Source of the DNA: Escherichia coli 042 | GTDB lineage: Bacteria; Pseudomonadota; Gammaproteobacteria; Enterobacterales; Enterobacteriaceae | Direction: 5' to 3' (one strand) | Assembly: GCF_000027125.1 (NCBI RefSeq) | Contig: NC_017626.1 | Length of the DNA stretch: 64,000 bases | Shown here: one piece after another, positions 17,900-27,024 of the stretch | Numbering within the stretch: position 1 is the first letter of the stretch | Layout: each line of letters begins with the position of its first letter | Notes under the pieces: model-generated | Databases searched by the model: none | What the model saw: the letters and a program-made list of their open reading frames with translations, nothing else | What the model was told of the DNA's origin: nothing | Made by a program: the position numbers and the translations under genes

Positions 17900-19180
17900 A
17901 TGAAATATCCGACAGGCGTGGAAAACCATGGAGGGAAATTACGTATCTGGTTTGTTTATAAAGACGTAAGAGTCAGGGAAAATCTGGGGGTTCCTGACAC
18001 AGCAAAAAACAGGCGCGTTGCAGGTGAACTACGCTCCTCTGTTTGTTACGCAATAAAAACTGGTGTTTTCGACTATGCAAAACAGTTTCCCTCCTCACGC
18101 AATCTGGAAAAATTTGGTGAGGCCCGACAAGATTTAACCATAAAAGAACTGGCTGAAAAATTTCTGGCACTGAAAGAAACTGAAGTCGCCAAAACATCAC
18201 TCAACACATACCGTGCCGTCATCAAAAATATCCTGAGCATAATCGGTGAAAAAAATCTTGCCTCATCGATTAATAAAGAAAAATTACTGGAGGTTCGTAA
18301 AGAGTTACTGACTGGATACCAGATCCCCAAAAGTAACTATATTGTTACACAACCAGGGAGATCGGCTGTAACTGTAAATAATTACATGACAAATCTTAAC
18401 GCCGTGTTCCAGTTTGGTGTTGATAACGGTTACCTGGCAGATAATCCGTTTAAGGGGATCTCGCCATTAAAGGAATCAAGAACCATTCCGGATCCTCTTT
18501 CGCGGGAAGAATTTATCCGTCTTATCGATGCGTGCAGAAATCAGCAAGCAAAAAATTTATGGTGTGTTTCTGTTTATACTGGAGTTCGCCCTGGTGAGCT
18601 GTGTGCACTTGGATGGGAGGACATAGATCTGAAAAATGGAACAATGATGATCAGGAGAAATTTAGCAAAAGACCGTTTCACGGTACCAAAAACACAGGCG
18701 GGAACCAATCGGGTCATTCATCTTATTAAGCCAGCAATCGACGCTCTCCGGAGTCAGATGACATTAACGAGACTGAGCAAAGAGCATATCATTGATGTTC
18801 ACCTCAGAGAGTATGGCAGAACAGAAAAACAAAAATGCACCTTTGTTTTTCAACCTGAAGTGTCAGCGAGAGTAAAAAATTATGGTGACCATTTTACCGT
18901 TGACTCAATAAGGCAGATGTGGGACGCAGCGATAAAACGTGCCGGACTCCGCCATCGAAAATCATATCAGTCGAGACATACTTATGCCTGCTGGTCGCTG
19001 ACAGCTGGTGCTAACCCGGCATTTATAGCAAACCAGATGGGCCATGCAGATGCGCAAATGGTATTTCAGGTATACGGAAAATGGATGTCTGAAAACAATA
19101 ATGCACAGGTAGCTTTGTTAAATACACAGTTAAGCGAGTTTGCCCCAACCATGCCCCATAACGAAGCAATGAAAAATTAA
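17900..19180 (+). CDS. intQ: Lambda-family tyrosine integrase, apparently intact (426 aa from MKYPTGVENHGGKLRIWF)
   Basis: ORF 17885..19180 trimmed. Catalytic-region motifs GVRPGELCAL (R), HRKSYQSRHTYAC (H..R), GHADAQMVFQVYGKW (H..Y). Confidence 0.85.
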   Translation: MKYPTGVENHGGKLRIWFVYKDVRVRENLGVPDTAKNRRVAGELRSSVCYAIKTGVFDYAKQFPSSRNLEKFGEARQDLTIKELAEKFLALKETEVAKTSLNTYRAVIKNILSIIGEKNLASSINKEKLLEVRKELLTGYQIPKSNYIVTQPGRSAVTVNNYMTNLNAVFQFGVDNGYLADNPFKGISPLKESRTIPDPLSREEFIRLIDACRNQQAKNLWCVSVYTGVRPGELCALGWEDIDLKNGTMMIRRNLAKDRFTVPKTQAGTNRVIHLIKPAIDALRSQMTLTRLSKEHIIDVHLREYGRTEKQKCTFVFQPEVSARVKNYGDHFTVDSIRQMWDAAIKRAGLRHRKSYQSRHTYACWSLTAGANPAFIANQMGHADAQMVFQVYGKWMSENNNAQVALLNTQLSEFAPTMPHNEAMKN

Positions 19181-19217
19181 TTTAATATTTATCAAATAGT
19201 TAACACGCATGACTCTT

Positions 19218-19310
19218 GAAATCCATAAATTCAAGCGCAGTGCCCAGCCATCCCGATACTGCTGCTTTCACCAAATCCTTAGTGCTTCTTTCGTGTTTTT
19301 CTATTGTCAT
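19218..19310 (-). pseudogene. ydfJ: 5' fragment (31 codons) of the MFS transporter gene ydfJ, severed by the prophage
   Basis: Own translation from ATG 19310: MTIEKHERSTKDLVKAAVSGWLGTALEFMDF then KSHAC-stop. The LEFMDF motif is the typical MHS/MFS N-terminal signature. Homology ends at the prophage junction. Confidence 0.6.
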
Positions 19311-19367
19311 AATGGTTATCTCTAAAAAAGAGGTAAGATGCGTACTACTTACTCGCCGTTATTGGTA

Positions 19368-20387
19368 TTATTCAGAAAAAGTGAGTAAGACTTTGCAGCA
19401 ATGCTTTTGATCCTGTTCAAATAAACTAATGGCATCAGCAACATGCTGGAAATCAAACGTATGGGTAATTAGTTTTTCTGGTTTAATTAACCCTTTACTT
19501 AACCAGTCGATAACGACCGGGAATTTATTTGCATTTAAGCGTGAAGAGAAAATAGAGAGTTCTTTTCCGGTAATTCCTTGCTGAATCACTTCAGACGGTT
19601 CACTGGAGAAGCCCATCAATACAATACGTGCCGCTGGAGAAGCCAGCGTTACGGCTTCTTTCAGGATTGAAGGATGACAAGCCGCATCGATAATTAATGT
19701 CGGCTTTATGCCTTTTTCAGCGAAAATCTCGCCAAGCGGTGTCTGGCTGTTATTAATCGCCCAGTCTGCCCCGCTCTCTTTCGCTTTTTCCAGTCGTTCA
19801 TCAATGCGATCGGCAACAATCACATTCTTAACGTTATAGACGCCTTTTAATACCTGAACGATCGTCAGGCCGATTGGACCTGCACCGTAAACCAGAACGG
19901 TATCATTTTCAGTCGGTTGCCCATGACCGGTAACGTTAGCCGCAATGGTAAAAGGTTCGATCATCACCGCATATTGATCGGCCACTGCTTCAGGAATTTT
20001 CCACGCATTTTTTGCCGGCACCATGGCATATTCACTGAAACCACCGTCAGCGTGCACACCTAATACAGCCAGTGTCGTACAAACGTTCGGCTTACCTATA
20101 GAGCACGGATAGCAATGCCCACAGCTGACCACCGGATCGACAGCAACGCGTTCACCGACTCTGGCGCTTTCCACGCCTTCACCCACTGCATCAATGACGC
20201 CAAAGAATTCATGACCAATGACGCGCGGATATTTCGCAAAAGGATTATGCCCACGATAAATATGGCTATCTGAACCACAAATTCCGGCAAGTTTCACTTT
20301 TACTCGTACTTCACCCGCTGACGGGGTGGGTATTTCACGTTCGATAATTGCCAGTTGATTCGGTTTTTCAATTAAAATGCTTTTCAT
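19368..20387 (-). CDS. rspB: Zn-dependent dehydrogenase RspB (starvation-sensing protein B)
   Basis: ORF 19368..20411 trimmed to MKSILIEKPNQLAIIEREIP; GHE and GxGxxG motifs. Confidence 0.9.
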   Translation of the reverse strand: MKSILIEKPNQLAIIEREIPTPSAGEVRVKVKLAGICGSDSHIYRGHNPFAKYPRVIGHEFFGVIDAVGEGVESARVGERVAVDPVVSCGHCYPCSIGKPNVCTTLAVLGVHADGGFSEYAMVPAKNAWKIPEAVADQYAVMIEPFTIAANVTGHGQPTENDTVLVYGAGPIGLTIVQVLKGVYNVKNVIVADRIDERLEKAKESGADWAINNSQTPLGEIFAEKGIKPTLIIDAACHPSILKEAVTLASPAARIVLMGFSSEPSEVIQQGITGKELSIFSSRLNANKFPVVIDWLSKGLIKPEKLITHTFDFQHVADAISLFEQDQKHCCKVLLTFSE

Positions 20388-20398
20388 TATCTTACTCC

Positions 20399-21613
20399 TT
20401 ACCAGTTCCACAGCGTGCCATCTTCCAGACGTGCGACTGGCAGATAAGCAGGTTCATAGGGATATTTCGCCGCCAGCTTTTCATCGAATTCGATGCCAAG
20501 ACCCGGTTTGTCTCCCGGATGCATATAGCCGTTATCGAAAGTCCAGTTGTGCGGGAAGACTTCGAGCATTTGTTCGGAATAACCCATGTATTCCTGGACA
20601 CCGAAATTGGGGACCCACAGATCAAAGTGCAGCGCCGCAGCCATGCAGACTGGTGACAAATCGGAAGGACCGTGTGAGCCAGTACGTACCTGATACAACG
20701 AAGCAAAATCGGCAATCCGGCGCATACCGGTAATTCCGCCTGCATGGGTCAGCGTGGTGCGGATATAATCGATAAGTTGCTCTTCAATCAGTTGCTTGCA
20801 GTCCCAGATGCTGTTGAAGACTTCACCCACCGCGATGGGTGTGACGGTATGTTGGCGAATGAGACGGAAGCATTCCTGGTTTTCCGCAGGCGTCGGGTCT
20901 TCCATCCAGAACATGCGATAATCTTCAATGCTTTTACCAAAGCGCGCCGCTTCAATAGGCGTTAAGCGATGGTGCATGTCATGCAGCAAATGTTCATTAA
21001 AACCAAACTTGTTACGTACCGCGTCAAACAATTTCGGCATGAAATCGAGGTATTTCTCCGTCGACCACAGCTGCTCTTCCGGCCACTGTCCTTTGGTTGC
21101 GGGTTCATAAGCCAGACCTTTACCTTTCGACATGCCGTAGGTGGTTTTCATACCAGGGATTCCGCACTGCACGCGGATGGCTTTGAATCCCAGCTCCTGA
21201 TGACGGGCATAATCATCCAGAGCTTCATCAATACTGTGACCGGTGGTATGGCAATAAACCATCACCCCTTCACGAGACGCGCCGCCGAGTAACTGGTAAA
21301 GCGGCATGTTGGCAGCTTTGGCTTTAATATCCCACAGCGCCATATCAACCGCTGAAATGGCCGACATCGTCACCGGGCCGCGACGCCAGTAAGCTCCTTT
21401 ATAGAAAAACTGCCAGATATCTTCGATACGGTGTGCATCGCGACCAATAAGCTGCGGACAAAGGTGATCCTGCAAATAAGAGGCCACGGAAAGCTCACGT
21501 CCATTGAGGGTGGCATCCCCAAGGCCCGTAATACCGTCCTCAGTGGTGATTTTTAATGTGACGAAATTACGCCCCGGACAGGTAACAAAAACTTCAGCCT
21601 TTACGATCTTCAT
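20399..21613 (-). CDS. rspA: Mannonate dehydratase-family enolase-superfamily protein RspA
   Basis: ORF 20399..21646 trimmed to [38 protein letters not shown]. Confidence 0.9.
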
Positions 21614-21818
21614 GTTCGATTCCTTGCATCGCTTGTCGTGATGCATGAAATCTACGCAACTGAGCTACTACCATACAAGTATGAAAATCGAAAAAAGCCG
21701 GAGTGATCACAAAAAAAGGCGTATATTTGCGCCGTGAATGGTTGACAAAAGATGAAATAGAATACCTTTTGTCAGCTGACACTTCCTTGTATCTTATTGA
21801 TAAAATGGATTTATGTCC

Positions 21819-22145
21819 TTACGCGCGCCCCCAGCCCGCAACAATGATCAACATGCCGCAAAGCGCAATCAACGCCCCCGTCCAGTCATAAAGACTCAGT
21901 TTCACGCCATCCACAACGCGCAGCCAAATCAATGCCGTGCAGACATAAACGCCACCATAAGCCGCGTAAACACGCCCACTCGCCGCAGGATGCAACGTTA
22001 ACAACCAGACAAACAGTGCCAGAGAAATCCCCGCCGGAAGCAACAGCCAGATACTGGCGTTTCGTTTTAACCACAACCAGGGCAGAAAGCATCCAATAAT
22101 TTCACACAGCGCAGTAGCAAAAAATAGTAACGTTGTTTTAATCAT
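21819..22145 (-). CDS. ynfA: UPF0060 inner-membrane protein YnfA
   Basis: [33 protein letters not shown]..., 108 aa from ATG 22145. Confidence 0.85.
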
Positions 22146-22279
22146 CTTTGTCACTTATTGACATCATGTATAGTTATAGGACGACATAATATCATCAATA
22201 TAAACATCCTCCTGGTACGTTTTGCGTTCGCAGTGGATGGTGTAGAATCACCTTTAATCATTCATACAGGGAATGAATT

Positions 22280-22621
22280 ATGAAAATTACTCTCAGCAAA
22301 CGAATTGGCCTGCTCGCTTTTCTGCTGCCTTGCGCAATGGCATTGAGCACAACTGTTCATGCCGAAACTAACAAACTGGTGATTGAGTCTGGCGACAGTG
22401 CACAAAGCCGCCAGCACGCCGCTATGGAAAAAGAGCAATGGAATGAAACGCGCAATCTGCGCCAGAAAGTGAATAAACGCACTGAAAAAGAGTGGGATAA
22501 AGCCGACGCCGCTTTTGATAACCGCGATAAATGTGAGCAAAGCGCCAACATCAATGCCTACTGGGAGCCAAATACTTTGCGCTGCCTGGACCGTCGAACT
22601 GGCCGCGTTATTACCCCCTAA
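22280..22621 (+). CDS. ynfB: UPF0482 secreted protein YnfB
   Basis: [45 protein letters not shown]... with a signal peptide. Confidence 0.85.
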   Translation: MKITLSKRIGLLAFLLPCAMALSTTVHAETNKLVIESGDSAQSRQHAAMEKEQWNETRNLRQKVNKRTEKEWDKADAAFDNRDKCEQSANINAYWEPNTLRCLDRRTGRVITP

Positions 22622-22655
22622 CCTGTTATTGATTTAAGGAATGTAAGGACACGTT

Positions 22656-23216
22656 ATGCCAAGCGCCCACAGTGTTAAGCTACGCCCGCTGGAGCGTGAA
22701 GATTTACGCTATGTACATCAACTCGACAATAACGCCAGTGTGATGCGTTACTGGTTTGAGGAACCCTACGAAGCCTTTGTTGAACTCTCTGATCTGTATG
22801 ATAAGCATATTCACGATCAGAGCGAACGGCGCTTTGTGGTGGAATGTGACGGCGAAAAAGCCGGTCTGGTGGAGCTGGTGGAAATTAACCATGTTCATCG
22901 CCGCGCAGAATTTCAGATAATTATCTCCCCGGAGTATCAAGGGAAAGGTCTGGCAACCCGTGCCGCCAAATTAGCAATGGACTATGGCTTCACCGTTCTC
23001 AATCTCTATAAGCTGTATCTGATCGTTGATAAAGAGAATGAAAAAGCGATTCACATTTACCGCAAGCTTGGCTTTACGGTTGAAGGTGAATTGATGCATG
23101 AGTTTTTTATTAATGGTCAATATCGTAATGCTATTCGCATGTGTATATTCCAGCATCAGTATCTGGCAGAGCACAAAACACCGGGTCAGACTCTCCTGAA
23201 GCCGACCGCACAATAG
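22656..23216 (+). CDS. speG: Spermidine N1-acetyltransferase
   Basis: [41 protein letters not shown]..., 186 aa GNAT. Confidence 0.95.
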   Translation: MPSAHSVKLRPLEREDLRYVHQLDNNASVMRYWFEEPYEAFVELSDLYDKHIHDQSERRFVVECDGEKAGLVELVEINHVHRRAEFQIIISPEYQGKGLATRAAKLAMDYGFTVLNLYKLYLIVDKENEKAIHIYRKLGFTVEGELMHEFFINGQYRNAIRMCIFQHQYLAEHKTPGQTLLKPTAQ

Positions 23217-23218
23217 CA

Positions 23219-23929
23219 TTAATAATAATCGATAGTATTTTTGATGGTGTAAACCCGTTCGACGGCGGGTTTTACTCCTTCATCAACAATGATTAGCTGA
23301 CAGTCCACCGGATTGGCGTGACTGTCATATTCACAGCTCTGTTTTACATTACCAACCCTTTGATTATTCAGTAAAGTAACCGCTGTGTAATCTAATTTTT
23401 TGATCGGATCCGTTGATGGCGTGGCGCTGACAGATAATGTTTTGTCGTTACTTTTCGTGGTTTTACCCAGCGGATACCCCTGATCATCATAGCGATATTC
23501 CATCTGCATCTGTTTGCTGCTGGCTTTAATCACAAAGCCATTATCATCGGTTTCCCAACTCACCCCGGCAGAAGGTAATTCTGCTAGCTGGCATTTTCCC
23601 TGCAAACGAACTCTTTTCTCCAGTGTCTGGGCATCACGGTAATAATTGGCGTCCAGTACCAGGGCAACCACGGTATTATTTTCCAGATCCAGTAATTCGA
23701 GTGAATCAAAACAGCCTTCTTCCGACAAAGTCCCCGAAACACGTTTCGTCACTTCACCTTGCTCATCCATTAATGTCTGAGTGAAATCTTTTACCGGACC
23801 ACGCAGCGGATCAAAATCGAATTCATTAGAGAAACTGGCCATCTCAGGGGTAAAGGAAAGTGTTACCTCTGTGCGGTCACATCCTGTGAGGAATATCGCG
23901 AGTAAGCATGGCAGTAATTTGTATTTCAC
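23219..23929 (-). CDS. ynfC: Lipoprotein YnfC (GTG start, lipobox LTGC)
   Basis: ORF 23219..23965 trimmed to GTG 23929: (M)KYKLLPCLLAIFLTGCDRTEVTLSF..., 236 aa. Confidence 0.8.
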   Translation of the reverse strand: MKYKLLPCLLAIFLTGCDRTEVTLSFTPEMASFSNEFDFDPLRGPVKDFTQTLMDEQGEVTKRVSGTLSEEGCFDSLELLDLENNTVVALVLDANYYRDAQTLEKRVRLQGKCQLAELPSAGVSWETDDNGFVIKASSKQMQMEYRYDDQGYPLGKTTKSNDKTLSVSATPSTDPIKKLDYTAVTLLNNQRVGNVKQSCEYDSHANPVDCQLIIVDEGVKPAVERVYTIKNTIDYY

Positions 23930-24033
23930 AACAGTCACCAGAGAGTAGAGATGATTCTCAATCATAGTAGCAAATACAGTACTTTACACGTTAAATGCTA
24001 TGCTTAAAGAAGTTATCTTCGCGTAAGGAGCTT

Positions 24034-24342
24034 ATGATGAAACTCTCAACCTGCTGTGCCGCGCTTCTGCTCGCCCTCGCCTCACCCGCGGTACTCGCCG
24101 CGCCGGGATCCTGTGAGCGCATACAGAGCGATATATCACAGCGCATTATCAATAATGGCGTACCCGAAAGCAGCTTCACGTTAAGTATTGTACCCAATGA
24201 CCAGGTTGATCAGCCTGATTCCCAGGTCGTCGGGCATTGCGCTAATGATACGCATAAAATTCTCTACACCCGCACCACCAGCGGTAACGTCTCTGCTCCC
24301 GCGCAGTCTACCCAGGATGGCGCGCCTGCCGAACCGCAGTAA
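24034..24342 (+). CDS. ynfD: Secreted DUF1161 protein YnfD
   Basis: ORF 23995..24342 trimmed to MMKLSTCCAALLLALASPAVLAAPGSCERIQ.. behind an AAGGAG RBS. Confidence 0.85.
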   Translation: MMKLSTCCAALLLALASPAVLAAPGSCERIQSDISQRIINNGVPESSFTLSIVPNDQVDQPDSQVVGHCANDTHKILYTRTTSGNVSAPAQSTQDGAPAEPQ

Positions 24343-24540
24343 CACATTATCGACTGAACGCCGGATACGACACATCCGGCGATTTGAACATACAACATAA
24401 TCCCACCTTATTACTCATACCCTTCTATTGATATGGATTAATAATTCTTAACCCAAAATAGGTAGACTTCCTCTATTGTTAGCGCGCTAAATATTCAATA
24501 TATAAACTTTTATATAACGATAAAGAACAGGGAGTGAGTT

Positions 24541-26967
24541 ATGTCCAAAAATGAACAAATGGTGGGCATCAGCCGCAGAACACTCGTTAAATCTACCGCG
24601 ATAGGTTCTCTGGCGCTGGCTGCAGGCGGTTTTTCTTTACCGTTCACCCTGCGCAGTGCAGCGGCAGCGGTACAACAGGCCAGCGAGAAAGTGGTCTGGG
24701 GTGCCTGTTCCGTCAACTGTGGTAGCCGCTGTGCACTTCGTCTGCATGTTAAAGATAATGAAGTGACCTGGGTGGAAACTGACAACACCGGCAGCGATGA
24801 GTATGGCAATCATCAAGTACGTGCCTGTTTGCGCGGTCGCTCCATCCGTCGGCGTATTAATCATCCCGATCGCTTGAATTACCCAATGAAACGCGTGGGC
24901 AAACGCGGCGAAGGCAAATTCGAACGGATTAGCTGGGATGAAGCCCTGGATACTATCGCCAGTAGCCTGAAAAAAACCGTCGAACAATATGGCAATGAGG
25001 CTGTATATATTCAGTACTCTTCGGGGATTGTTGGCGGCAATATGACCCGCTCTTCACCATCAGCCTCGGCGGTCAAACGCCTGATGAACTGCTACGGCGG
25101 TTCACTCAATCAGTATGGCTCCTACAGCACCGCGCAAATTTCCTGTGCCATGCCCTACACCTACGGCAGTAATGATGGCAACAGCACCACGGATATTGAA
25201 AACAGCAAGCTGGTCGTGATGTTTGGTAACAACCCGGCAGAAACCCGCATGAGCGGCGGTGGCATCACTTATCTTCTTGAAAAAGCGCGCGAGAAATCGA
25301 ACGCCAAAATGATTGTTATCGATCCGCGATATACCGATACAGCTGCTGGTCGTGAAGACGAATGGCTACCTATTCGCCCGGGCACCGATGCCGCGCTGGT
25401 TGCGGGTATTGCCTGGGTATTGATTAACGAAAATCTCGTTGATCAACCTTTTCTCGATAAATACTGCGTCGGCTATGACGAAAAAACCTTACCCGCAGAT
25501 GCACCAAAAAATGGTCACTATGAAGCCTATATTCTTGGTGAAGGTGACGATAAAACAGCGAAAACGCCGCAGTGGGCTTCGCAAATTACCGGTATCCCGG
25601 TGGAGCGTATCATCAAACTGGCGCGTGAAATTGGCACAGCAAAACCCGCTTATATCTGCCAGGGCTGGGGACCGCAACGCCAGGCAAACGGCGAGCTGAC
25701 TGCACGTGCTATTGCGATGTTGCCTATTCTGACGGGCAATGTCGGCATCAGCGGCGGGAGTAGTGGCGCGCGTGAATCGACCTATACCATTACCATAGAA
25801 CGCCTGCCGGTGCTGGATAATCCGGTCAAAACGTCAATCTCCTGCTTCAGCTGGACGGATGCTATCGATCATGGCCCGCAAATGACGGCAATCCGCGACG
25901 GTGTCCGGGGCAAAGATAAACTGGATGTGCCCATTAAGTTCATCTGGAACTACGCGGGAAATACCCTGGTTAATCAGCATTCTGACATCAACAAAACGCA
26001 TGAAATTCTGCAGGACGAATCGAAATGCGAAATGATTGTGGTCATCGAAAACTTTATGACCTCATCGGCAAAATATGCCGACATTCTGCTGCCAGACCTG
26101 ATGACCGTTGAGCAGGAAGATATTATTCCTAACGACTACGCCGGTAACATGGGATATCTCATTTTCCTTCAGCCAGTCACCAGCGAAAAATTCGAACGCA
26201 AACCGATTTACTGGATCCTGAGTGAGGTCGCGAAACGTCTTGGACCTGACGTCTATCAAAAGTTCACAGAAGGTCGCACGCAGGAACAATGGTTGCAACA
26301 TCTGTACGCCAAAATGCTTGCCAAAGATCCGGCGTTACCGTCTTACGACGAACTGAAAAAAATGGGTATCTATAAGCGTAAAGATCCTAATGGTCATTTT
26401 GTCGCCTACAAAGCATTTCGTGACGACCCCGAGGCAAATCCACTTAAAACGCCTTCCGGTAAGATTGAAATTTATTCCAGCAAGCTGGCGGAAATTGCCC
26501 GTACCTGGGAACTGGAAAAAGATGAAGTGATAAGCCCACTGCCGGTTTATGCCTCAACCTTTGAAGGCTGGGACTCCCCTGAACGTAGTACCTTTCCACT
26601 GCAACTGTTTGGTTTCCATTACAAATCCCGTACTCACTCGACCTACGGCAACATTGATGTCCTGAAGGCTGCCTGCCGTCAGGAGGTGTGGATCAACCCT
26701 ATAGACGCACAGAAACGTGGGATTGCCAACGGCGATATGGTGCGGGTGTATAACCATCGTGGCGAAGTTCGGCTACCAGCCAAAGTGACACCACGCATTC
26801 TCCCTGGGGTTAGCGCTATGGGCCAGGGAGCCTGGCACGAGGCCAATATGTCTGGCGATAAAATCGACCATGGCGGCTGTGTGAATACGCTAACCACTCT
26901 GCGCCCTTCACCACTGGCGAAGGGAAACCCGCAGCACACTAATCTGGTCGAGATCGAAAAAATATAA
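24541..26967 (+). CDS. ynfE: Tat-exported molybdopterin oxidoreductase, DmsA paralogue YnfE (selenate reductase subunit)
   Basis: 808 aa. Twin-arginine leader ISRRTLVKSTAIGSLALAA; CSVNCGSRC 4Fe-4S motif. Confidence 0.95.
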   Translation: MSKNEQMVGISRRTLVKSTAIGSLALAAGGFSLPFTLRSAAAAVQQASEKVVWGACSVNCGSRCALRLHVKDNEVTWVETDNTGSDEYGNHQVRACLRGRSIRRRINHPDRLNYPMKRVGKRGEGKFERISWDEALDTIASSLKKTVEQYGNEAVYIQYSSGIVGGNMTRSSPSASAVKRLMNCYGGSLNQYGSYSTAQISCAMPYTYGSNDGNSTTDIENSKLVVMFGNNPAETRMSGGGITYLLEKAREKSNAKMIVIDPRYTDTAAGREDEWLPIRPGTDAALVAGIAWVLINENLVDQPFLDKYCVGYDEKTLPADAPKNGHYEAYILGEGDDKTAKTPQWASQITGIPVERIIKLAREIGTAKPAYICQGWGPQRQANGELTARAIAMLPILTGNVGISGGSSGARESTYTITIERLPVLDNPVKTSISCFSWTDAIDHGPQMTAIRDGVRGKDKLDVPIKFIWNYAGNTLVNQHSDINKTHEILQDESKCEMIVVIENFMTSSAKYADILLPDLMTVEQEDIIPNDYAGNMGYLIFLQPVTSEKFERKPIYWILSEVAKRLGPDVYQKFTEGRTQEQWLQHLYAKMLAKDPALPSYDELKKMGIYKRKDPNGHFVAYKAFRDDPEANPLKTPSGKIEIYSSKLAEIARTWELEKDEVISPLPVYASTFEGWDSPERSTFPLQLFGFHYKSRTHSTYGNIDVLKAACRQEVWINPIDAQKRGIANGDMVRVYNHRGEVRLPAKVTPRILPGVSAMGQGAWHEANMSGDKIDHGGCVNTLTTLRPSPLAKGNPQHTNLVEIEKI

Positions 26968-27024
26968 CCCACTACAACCATAAATTCTGGCATGACATTT
27001 TGTTTGAAAAGCAATAAGTGAGTA

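Larger units (their letters stand above)
1..19217. mobile_element. Qin-type cryptic lambdoid prophage, right-hand portion (continues beyond window start), inserted in ydfJ
   Basis: Uninterrupted run of phage-type genes (lysis, Q antiterminator, TA loci, dicA/dicC immunity, replication, xis-int). It ends where an MFS-transporter N-terminal fragment begins at ~19218. Confidence 0.85.
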
